This document shows, in pieces, positions 23,480 to 32,700 of a DNA stretch of 34,999 nt. This stretch comes from Octopus bimaculoides. Its lineage: Eukaryota. Both the position numbers and the translations under genes were made by a program. The stretch lies in NCBI RefSeq assembly GCF_001194135.2, contig NC_068995.1:37159052-37194050 (forward strand), read 5' to 3'. The stretch's first letter is position 1. Each line of letters starts with the position of its first letter. The notes below the pieces were generated by a model. It saw only the letters and a list, made by a program, of their open reading frames with translations. It had not been told where the DNA came from and did no database searches.

Positions 23480-25069
23480 CCCAGGCCTATTCCCATACTC
23501 TTTTGGGAGTGGGTAGCCACAAGACACACATCAGGCCTTCCATTCACTTCTCAGTTCAAACGGACGAACCTCGTTCTATGTTCGGATCAAACATAGAACG
23601 CAATCCCCAATATCAGCAGCGGTGCCTGACAGTATATGCTGGTTTATCCCCGCCGTACCATGCTGATTCCGTACCCCTTTGAGTAACATCAAAATTCACT
23701 CATCCATCCACAAATTCAACAAGCTTTCCTATCATTTATAAACTCTCTTGCCTCTCTCACTCCAACACCTCCAACCACCAAAGTTTCCCTCACTCCATCC
23801 GTCCACACAAACCGAGGTCTGCCTCTGGTTATGCTACCTACAATTTCAGCCTTCATCATTCTCCTTATCATCCGCTCCTCATCCATTCTCTCCATGTGGC
23901 CGAACCACCTCAACTTTCGTCTATCCAATCTGGGTGTTAGTTTTTCTCTCATTCTTGGTCGTCTTCACACTTCCTTATTCCTCATCCTGTCCACCCGTGT
24001 CACACTAACCACAGCCCTCAGACATCTCATCTCAAACACATCCAGTCGCCTCCTTTCCTCTTCTCTCATTCCCCACGTCTCTGCACCATATAACATTGTC
24101 GGTACAATCACTCTGTCATACACACGGCTTTTCGCTTTCATACTCAACCCTTTATCTCTCAGCATATCTTTCACAACTCCAAGTATCTTACTCTGTTCCC
24201 TCACTCTGTATCCCACCTCCTCCGCCAACTCCCCATCCGCCGTCACGTGATCCCAGATAGCTAAAAACACTCACCTCCTCTACCATCTCACCATTTATAC
24301 TCACATCCATCCTACCAGCCATTACATCTCTCGAACATTTAAGCTACATTCAATTTCAACTTTAAGCTACATTCAATTTCAGTTTCCTCCTCTCACACAC
24401 TCTTCCAAACCCTACCACCAGTCTCCTCAGTTGCTCTTCCGAAGCCGCTATCAGTGATGTATCATTAGCAAACAACAACTGACTCACCTGCCATTTCTCT
24501 CCATTTTCTCTCAACATTTGGGCTCCCCTACCAAGGATTCTACCATTTACCTCTCTCACCACACCATCCATATATAAATCAAACAGTTACGGAGACATTA
24601 CAAAACCCTGTCTTAACCCCCACTTTCACATCAAGTCACGCACTTCACCATCCAAACTAATGCACGTCCTACATTCTTTATATAAAATTCTGAACAGCTC
24701 TCAACAACCTACAATCTACTCCATACAACCGCAACAACTGCCACATTGCATCCCTATCCACTCGGTCATATGCTTTCTCTAGGTCCATAAAGGCCCAATA
24801 CACCCCCCTCCCTTTTGCCAAAAACTTCTTACACATCTGTCTTATTTGATCTGTATACCCCCTTCCACTCCTGAAACCACACTAGTACACCCTCTGTCTA
24901 CCCTCTGTCTATTTCCTCAACCTAACAACCAGAGTCTCCCATACAGTTTACCAACCACACACAACAGGCTTATGCCCCCAAAATGTCCACACTCACATTT
25001 ATCCCTTTTTCCCTTGTACAGTGGTACTATACAGGCACTGCACCAGTCCTTTGGTACTCTTCCAGCCAT
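23480..25069 (-). mobile_element. 5'-truncated RTE-clade LINE (RT domain to 3' UTR), degenerate
   Basis: RT motifs appear in order: GRVPKDW..ACIVPLYKGK, AFMDLEKAYDRVDR, SQLLFANDT (YADD box), VIVPTMLYGAETW, LDVFEMRCLR, RRKLRWFGHMERM, RGRPRFVWTDGV. These lie in ORFs 24917-25258, 24362-24571, 23965-24270 and 23716-23952. The 3' end abuts a (TA)n tract at 23470-23479. Confidence 0.93.
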
Positions 25070-25074
25070 ATAAA

Positions 25075-25150
25075 ATACGCAAGATGCTGCATAATAAAAC
25101 TGAACGCGAAACCAAGTGGTTGCAGCGCCAGATTCTTGTACTAATTTAAG
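25075..25150 (-). mobile_element. SINE family A head fragment
   Basis: Minus-strand CAACCACTTGGTTTCGCGTTCAGTTTTATTATGCAGCATCTTG aligns to the family A head CAACCACATGGTTCCGGGTTCAGTCCCACTGCGTGGCACCTTG. Confidence 0.6.
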
Positions 25151-25424
25151 ATAAGTATTATAATCAACTTCTTTAAACCCTTTAGAGTTGTTATTCCAGT
25201 ATGGATGCAGTTTTGTGACAAAAACAAGCGAAATAATCAAAGAATGCGTATCATTCACAAGTATGTATGTATCTGTGAGTTAATGAACAAACGAAAGTAG
25301 AACTCAGTACATTACGGTTAAGTTATATGTACTAAACAGTTTGGCAATGCTCCATATAACTTAAATTTTCGTGGACATGTAAGATATGTCCAACTCACAA
25401 GACTGATGTGTCACACGCACCTAC

Positions 25425-25550
25425 GAAAATTTGACAACCAGTGTTGGTGCATTTACATACTCGTAAATTAGCGGATAGGCAAAAGTGACCGATAGAGTAA
25501 GTATTAGGGTTTAAAAAAAATAAGTACCGGAGTCTTTTCATCCGACTAAA
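25425..25550 (+). mobile_element. SINE family A 3' fragment
   Basis: Contains TTGACAACCAGTGTTGGTG...GGCAAAAGTGACCGATAGAGTAAGTATTAGG. Confidence 0.7.
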
Positions 25551-27386
25551 CTTGCTATTTTTATATAAGATATATACGCATACACACACACACATACACG
25601 CATATATAAATATATATATATGCGTATATATATNNNNNNNNNNNNNNNNNNNNNNNNNNNNNNNNNNNNNNNNNNNNNNNNNNNNNNNNNNNNNNNNNNN
25701 NNNNNNNNNNNNNNNNNNNNNNNNNNNNNNNNNNNNNNNNNNNNNNNNNNNNNNNNNNNNNNNNNNNNNNNNNNNNNNNNNNNNNNNNNNNNNNNNNNNN
25801 NNNNNNNNNNNNNNNNNNNNNNNNNNNNNNNNNNNNNNNNNNNNNNNNNNNNNNNNNNNNNNNNNNNNNNNNNNNNNNNNNNNNNNNNNNNNNNNNNNNN
25901 NNNNNNNNNNNNNNNNNNNNNNNNNNNNNNNNNNNNNNNNNNNNNNNNNNNNNNNNNNNNNNNNNNNNNNNNNNNNNNNNNNNNNNNNNNNNNNNNNNNN
26001 NNNNNNNNNNNNNNNNNNNNNNNNNNNNNNNNNNNNNNNNNNNNNNNNNNNNNNNNNNNNNNNNNNNNNNNNNNNNNNNNNNNNNNNNNNNNNNNNNNNN
26101 NNNNNNNNNNNNNNNNNNNNNNNNNNNNNNNNNNNNNNNNNNNNNNNNNNNNNNNNNNNNNNNNNNNNNNNNNNNNNNNNNNNNNNNNNNNNNNNNNNNN
26201 NNNNNNNNNNNNNNNNNNNNNNNNNNNNNNNNNNNNNNNNNNNNNNNNNNNNNNNNNNNNNNNNNNNNNNNNNNNNNNNNNNNNNNNNNNNNNNNNNNNN
26301 NNNNNNNNNNNNNNNNNNNNNNNNNNNATATATATATATATATATATATAAAGAGAGAGAGAGAGATAATGCATACATTAATATACATGTGTATGTGCGT
26401 GCGTGCGTATGTTTAATACCATATTCTGATGTGTATTGTAATGAATGGTATATATTCGAAGTATACGTATACCATCTGTCTTTTGAGAATGTTCTTTCAC
26501 AGAGAGGCGTCTTATGTTCATATACGTGTTGTCTGAAAACTATAATTATTTGAATTCTTGGATCAATATTTAACTAGATTAACCTATTTAGTTGCAGAGA
26601 GGAAATAGATAAATAAACTAAAACCAATTCTATTGTGACACCATATCTAATTAGGATGTATTCAATCTCTATCCACGTGCACAGCTCTAGTTATTCTATT
26701 ACTACATTATAGCACTAATGCACGCATTTCATTGGGCAATATTCTAGAGCTGTTTTTCATTTCAACCAGTAACGTTGACAGAAACCGGATATTAATATTT
26801 GAACTAATCCTTACAGTTTCAGAATATGAGACTTACTAATCATAATGCTGCACATGTGACAGTAGTAATACTGCAGAGATTTGAACGATTCTTTCTTCAC
26901 TTTCATTATTGTCATTTAGTTATATTATGGCGCATTTTAAGATTCCAGTTCTACATGTGCTGAAGACAAGAATCCATGTGACTTTCGCATTTCTAATAGT
27001 AAGACATTTAATATACGATTTCACGTTATGCCTATCACAAGAGCTCTTCAAAATGTTAACTTTTAAGTTTGATCAATCTCAGTTTATGATAAATCATGAA
27101 TTTGATTAATTCAAATTAATCATATTTCATTAATCACGTTTCATTGTAAATATCACTGCTTATGGAATAATTCTGAGTATGTAGAGTGGGGTGGCTCTTA
27201 GAATAAACAGAACTTTCAACATGTACTAAGTTTAATTCTGGCACAGATCCCTCTTGATCGTTTTTTTTCTCACGATACCTTTTGATCGGAACTTTATTTT
27301 TCTCCTTTTTTTTCTATTTTCGAAAAGAAAATCTCTACATTGTATTTTGTCCCCTCTGTATTCGGCCCTGTGTGGCTAATAAAGAA

Positions 27387-27425
27387 ACCTACCTACCTAC
27401 CTACCTACCTACCTACCTACCTATA

Positions 27426-27503
<78 letters not shown>
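27387..27503. repeat. Compound (ACCT)n-(ATCT)n tetranucleotide microsatellite
   Basis: Direct reading. Confidence 0.98.
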
Positions 27504-27504
<1 letters not shown>

Positions 27505-27650
27505 ACACGAATGGTTGGTCATAAGTTCGTGGATTTAAAAAAATTTATGGAAGGAAGGCTTGGCTGGAGTCCCAATCTTCTGTGTTCTTTTACAGCGCTT
27601 AAAAAATCTGAAAGACCGCTGGAATAAGTGTTTGAATCAGAGGGGTTGGA
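27503..27650 (+). mobile_element. Possible internally deleted mariner remnant
   Basis: A TA-CACGAATGGTTGGTCATAAGTT TIR-like start is followed closely by LKDRWNKCLNQRG, which resembles a mariner transposase C-terminus. No second TIR was found. Confidence 0.4.
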
Positions 27651-27699
27651 TAAAATCACAATTAACTGATCCTCTACTTATAGTATCGCTGTAACAATA

Positions 27700-27916
27700 A
27701 CTCATAGGGACGAAATAAACCAACACCGGGTGTCAAGAGCAGTGGTGGTCGAAAAACACATACGCACACACATATGCGACAGGCTTCTCTCTAAATACAC
27801 ACATTAGAATTGGTTGGTCCGGGGCTTTAGTAGAAGTCACTTGCCCAAGGTGGTGCACAGTGGGATTGAACCCTAAATTATGTGGTTGAAAAGCAAGCTT
27901 CTTACCACACAGTCAC
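27700..27916 (-). mobile_element. SINE family A, partial
   Basis: It has the reverse complement of the head (CACTTGCCCAAGGTG..CAGTGGGATTGAACCC...AAGCTTCTTACCACACAGTCAC) and a shortened body. Confidence 0.8.
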
Positions 27917-28170
27917 CTCTAAGAACTGTAGAAGCGAACGTGAGAAACTTCATTGTACTGGACAGACGATCATAATGAAGGAACACGTGTAAAAATGCAG
28001 CAGCAGAAGAGTGTATTAGAGAAATAATTTCTTTGAAAGACAAAAATTAATGCATAAACAAAGAATAAAAAAGTGATGATAATGTTTAAAAATTGTAGAA
28101 ATATAATCACAACGAGAGTTACGAATACCAATAATAACAATATTTGTAGCAGCGTGTATAAAATACATAC

Positions 28171-28328
28171 TTGTAGTTTCGTCACCCTCGATCCTATAGC
28201 TGTTGCTTCACTTATTGACACCGATACACGTGGCGTTTCGAAGTGAGGAGAATAGTCATTGGCTTCGAGAACGTTGACAGATACTTCAGCTGTAGCTGAC
28301 CTGTTGAGAAGAGAATGTCGATATGGTT
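28171..28328 (-). CDS. Internal coding exon of a multi-exon cadherin-superfamily gene (end of one EC repeat, linker, start of the next)
   Basis: Translates as (x)PYRHSLLNRSATAEVSVNVLEANDYSPHFETPRVSVSISEATAIGSRVTKLQ, matching the cadherin pattern SxTAxVxVxVxDxNDxxPxF...VxIxE...GxxVxxL. The acceptor is ...tcctttccttcactctatattcAG (AG at 28330-28329) and the donor is CAA|GTATGT (28170-28165). The exon is 158 nt, phase 1 in and phase 0 out. The ORF 27970..28377 reads through into intron on both sides. Confidence 0.9.
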
Positions 28329-28365
28329 CTGAATATAGAGTGAAGGAAAGGATTTGTTGCGTTAG
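28329..28365 (-). promoter_or_regulatory. Branch point and polypyrimidine tract of the cadherin exon acceptor
   Basis: Minus-strand CTAAC at 28365-28361 puts the branch A at 28362, 33 nt upstream of the acceptor G. A pyrimidine tract and CAG follow. Confidence 0.65.
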
Positions 28366-28375
28366 AAACCGTATC

Positions 28376-28413
<38 letters not shown>
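28376..28413. repeat. (AAT)n microsatellite just upstream of the cadherin exon branch point
   Basis: Direct reading. Confidence 0.97.
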
Positions 28414-30411
28414 CTATTTGACACAGTTTCGTTCTTATTCCTTGTAGAATTTATGCTGGTAGCGGGTTAATAGCTGTAACCTTAAGTATCTACAAGCTTT
28501 TACGAGTCTTTCAAATGTTTAACCATGCCAGCTTTTCTGCCGCATTATCTGTGTGGAATTTATGTATCCAGATGGATATGCCTGTATATATTTGATATAT
28601 TTCTTTAATCTCAAAGCTGCATTTTAAATATCTATTTACATACTCTAATCAATTAACGGTCGATAAGTAAGTCCCTCTTCTTATGCATCATAACGACTAT
28701 TTTTTTAAAAACTTCCATCCATCCTCCATCTTGATCCTCTCAAATATGTATTCTCACTAGAAAAATAAGAATAATCCTTAGAATTTAATTTTTTCCTTTA
28801 TCTATTGTATTTTAATTTTATATCAATATTTATTTTAATTTTATTTCACTTTAACTTGCATCTTATATTTTTATTTCTAAATATAATATATATTTTATTT
28901 CATTATATCTACATTATTACCATACTTTATTTACCATTTTATTTTTTTCTATTTATTTGATTATTTGATCCTGAATTTATAGATATAAACGGTGTATGGT
29001 TCCTCTCTCTTTCGACATCCCCATAGATATATGTTATATATGTACCTGTATGAATTTTTTTAACTCACTGATTTTACTTGTTTATTTTCATGAAATATAT
29101 GTTTTGATCCATATTTTGTTTCTATATTTATTGTACTCATGTGAAACACAGTGCACATACGACACACTCCCTTTTTTAAAATTTTAATGTATTTTTAGAC
29201 ATTATTTATATTCACTAGATTAGTCATTCAAAGTTAACAAACTGTCTCCCTTTTTTTTATTTTTAGACCTCATACCTTCCTTTAATAAATTGCTTAATGC
29301 AAATCCTAATTAGTTGGATACGTAACAGATCCAGAATTTACACCTGTAACTTATTTTTTGTATATCCAAACCGTTGCACACCGACATTTATTCACAAAAT
29401 ATATATAGATAATTAAATTACCGTATTCTTATTTTTCTTTCTTTATCTGGTTATTTTAGAATATAAACATCACACCTGTTACACGTATCAAAATTACCAA
29501 ATACCTTCCTTATAGTGATTAACTTCTTAATGTGAACCTCGATATATTTTCATCCTAGTTTCTAACTGTCTAGTGCTATTAGCATAACATCTATTTTTAT
29601 TTATATCGAAGCTGGTGCACACCAACCTTAAACATAGGTAATTACAGATTATTAATAATCGTATTCTTCTATTTTCCCCTATCTTTGGTTAATATGTCCT
29701 CCACATGTCTTCCTACCGTCTAGTATTATTAATATCAAATAAAATTTGTTTTTAAGCATATACTATTATTTCACTTAGCTTAATGCTATATCTATAAATT
29801 AGATACTTATTAGATCTTTTTTTGTTCCCAAAGCCCCCTTTCCGCTGTCTTTTGACCATTTTCTCTATTTCTATATGCGTGGTTTCTGTATCCATATGCA
29901 TCCTTCTGAATATATTTTATGCATGTGTATGCATGTGATTATGTATTTGTTTTTACTATACGCATGTATCTATGTGCGCAAACATATGTGTTCATATGCA
30001 TGTCTATTTTTGCACACATATGCTCAATCAAAATACGTATGAGCCACTATATACTTAACATTTCCTATCCTAATTTCGTTAATATCTTAGCGGTATTTAA
30101 ATATGCACCTATATACCCTAATCAATAACGGTCAATAAACAAGTCCCACTGGTCATGCATTACAATGGCTATTTCTCAAATGTCTATCCATCCTCTATTA
30201 CTATCATGTCGCATATATATCTCGCATTAATCCAATAAGCTCCATCTATATATTTTAGTTTCTTGTTTTTCCCTCAGTATTAAAGGAATTCAATAATCCT
30301 AAACATATACCAATTGCTTTACCACTATATATGATACGAATTAAACCAGTGGTATACCTTGAATTATATAATCTCTAATGAAGCCTTAACCTCCTCGAAT
30401 TAAGTATATAT

Positions 30412-30780
30412 ATGTATATACTATGTTTGTGTTTGTGTGTGTGTTTGTTCCCTTATCATCGCTTTATGACTGGTGTTGGTGTGTTTACGTCTCCGTACCT
30501 CAACAGTTCGGTCAAAGAGAGTGATACATGTATATATCTATGTCTGTGTGTGTGTGTGTGCGTGTGTGTTTGTGTCTGTTTTGTCCCCCTATCATCGCTT
30601 TACAACTGGTTTTGGTGCTTTTACGTCTCCGTAACTGAGCAGTTCGGCTAAAGAGAGTGATGCAATAAGTACTAGGCTTTAAACATATGCCCCGGTGTCC
30701 GTTTGTTCAACTAAAACCCTTCAAAGCGGTGTTCCAGCGTGGCCACAGTGAAATTATTGAATCAAGTATAAGAATAACAG
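30412..30780 (+). mobile_element. SINE family A 3' half with a tandem duplication of the microsatellite plus 3' module
   Basis: Two units of TG tract-CCCTATCATCGCTTTA..ACTGG..TTGGTG..TTTACGTCTCCGTA...CAGTTCGG..AAAGAGAGTGAT occur at about 30412-30526 and 30527-30661, followed by a normal 3' end. Confidence 0.75.
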
Positions 30781-30819
30781 AATAAACATTTGTTCTTGTT
30801 ATTAAAATTAACATCTCAG

Positions 30820-30960
30820 GCTAGTAAATTGGTAGAATTGTTGCAGTAACCTACATAGAACCTTGTGACATTTATCTAGATCTCTTTACATTCTGAGTGA
30901 AAATTCAGTGAGTTTCACTTTGTCTCTTAGTTCGTAACATCAGTACCCGTCAAATACTGA
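30820..30960 (+). mobile_element. Degenerate SINE family B fragment
   Basis: TGGTAGAATTG...CTTTACATTCTGAGTGAAAATTC...AGTACC follows the motif order of family B. Confidence 0.45.
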
Positions 30961-31289
30961 AGGACGATTTTCTCGTTCTTGACTGTTCCCTCCACGACGT
31001 TTGTAGCATTGTGCTGATGATAGATCAAAATTAAGTAAATTCATTTCAATTAGTATTTTCATTGTGATATTTCATTATGGAAACGCCGCCAGAGTAATTA
31101 AAAATCTAAAGCATCAGTGTTTTCTGATGTGCCTTATCTTTGCATTTTCTACGAAGTAATTGTCTTGATTTGTGTCCCTTTTCCCCTAAAATACGTGGTG
31201 GCCAACTATGACAATAAGTGGTAGTTAAGTCTGAAAGAAATCTCTCTATGAAAAGTTAAAAGATAAAAATATGAAATATATATATAAAG

Positions 31290-31670
31290 CGCAGGCTGGG
31301 CTGCATGATAAGAAGCTTCATTCCCGACCATATAGTTTCAGATTCAGTCTCACTGCGTGGCGCCTTGGGTAAGTGTCTTCTACTATGGCCTCGGCGAAGC
31401 CTTGTGAGTGAATTTGGTAGACGGAAACTAAAAGAAGCCTGTCGTATATATATATCTTTATGCATGCGTGTCTTTGTGCCTATGTTTTTTCTCACAACCC
31501 CTTGGTGTGTTTACATCCCCGTAACCTAGCAGTTCGACTAAAAAGGCCAGAAGACTATGTACCAGACTTAAAATAATGTACTGGAGTCGATTCGCTCGGC
31601 AAAATTTCTTCAAGCTTCAAAGCGGTGTTCCATACTTACTGCAGTCTAATGACTGAAACAAGTAAAAGAT
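31290..31670 (+). mobile_element. SINE family A, full-length diverged copy
   Basis: It is colinear with the 34660 copy from the head to GACTGAAACAAGTAAAAGA. Confidence 0.88.
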
Positions 31671-32096
31671 GATCCAAAGGAGACAAAACATGAAGTGACA
31701 GATACAAAAAAAATGTTTATTGTTATTGGCATAACACATGCAGCAGATACATTAATTCTGATTGATTGATGTTAGGAAATACAAATCGGTCACAAAACCA
31801 CCGACACACCGAAATTTTGTTTGAATTACAGTCTACACTTAAAAAGAACGAAGCTATAAAAAAGTGAGAATTGTTGAGTAAATAATAGTTATCTCTAGCT
31901 TGTTGCTAGTTTAAACTATTGGCTTTTCTCACCATCCAAGCCGTTAATGCTAGTGTTAAAGAAAATATATGATACCAGTAAGGATTCTACATAGATACAG
32001 CATATTAGTTCAGTTAATAAACATTCACGAGAGATAAAATAACAAGAAATAAGTATATTAGTCGGTAACTATATTAGTCAGCAAGTATGGGAGATA

Positions 32097-32140
32097 ACTT
32101 CAAAATCTTTTTGGTCGTCTTATGACCTCATCAGGTAAGC
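32097..32140 (-). ncRNA. Possible second, decayed minimal hammerhead motif
   Basis: The minus strand reads GCTTAC-CTGATGA-GGTC ataagac GACC-AAAAA gatttt GAAGT. CUGAUGA and a 4-bp stem II are intact. GAAA reads AAAA, and the stem I 3' strand is imperfect. Confidence 0.35.
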
Positions 32141-32417
32141 GTAGGCTTTATTCTACCTGTCGAAGAAGGGATTAGGCAATCATTAACTAAATATGCAATA
32201 ATGTACAATAGTCGACATAGAAATCATTTTTTTTTACACGGCTTATTAAAATCTGATCATTTCAGCTGAACTGCATAAAACCCTTCAAGCTATGATATTT
32301 TTTAGAGCATTTTTGTCTTGCAACAGTAGAACACGGCCAGCCGCCAATGACGAGTGAGTATAGGAGCATGTGTTATGCTGATGCTAATTGTTTGATGTGC
32401 CTATTTGTTGCAAGCAA

Positions 32418-32488
32418 AGAGAGAGTGAGAGAGAGAGAGAGATAGATAGAGAGAGAGAGAGAGAGNNNNNNNNNNGAGAGAGAGAGAG

Positions 32489-32537
<49 letters not shown>
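32418..32537. repeat. (GA)n microsatellite spanning a 10-N gap
   Basis: Direct reading. Confidence 0.97.
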
Positions 32538-32619
32538 AATCCCTTTAGCCCCATTGATCTTGATCCAGCAGAGCATTAGGTTGTGTCTGTGGAAAAGAGG
32601 GCTGCATTCAGTATCCGCA

Positions 32620-32700
32620 TGGTACTCATTACAGCTGAGTAAACAGGAGCAATCTTGAAATGAAATGCTTAGGTAAAGAAAACAACGTTTCGTGAGTTGA
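32620..32700 (-). mobile_element. Degenerate SINE family D fragment
   Basis: CAGCTGAGTAAACAGGAGCAATCTTGAAATGAAATG resembles 6995-7030 (CAGCTGAATGTACTGGAGCAATGTGAAATAAAGTG). Confidence 0.5.

Noticed and set aside
27970-28377. The full 135-aa ORF as a single-exon gene or clustered protocadherin
   Set aside because: Cadherin similarity is confined between a strong acceptor (28329) and donor (28170). The flanks are low-complexity intron.
30935-31010. Short protein-like minus frame HNATNVVEGTVKNEKIVLQYLTGTDVTN
   Set aside because: It ends in a stop, overlaps a degenerate SINE-B fragment and has no donor site.
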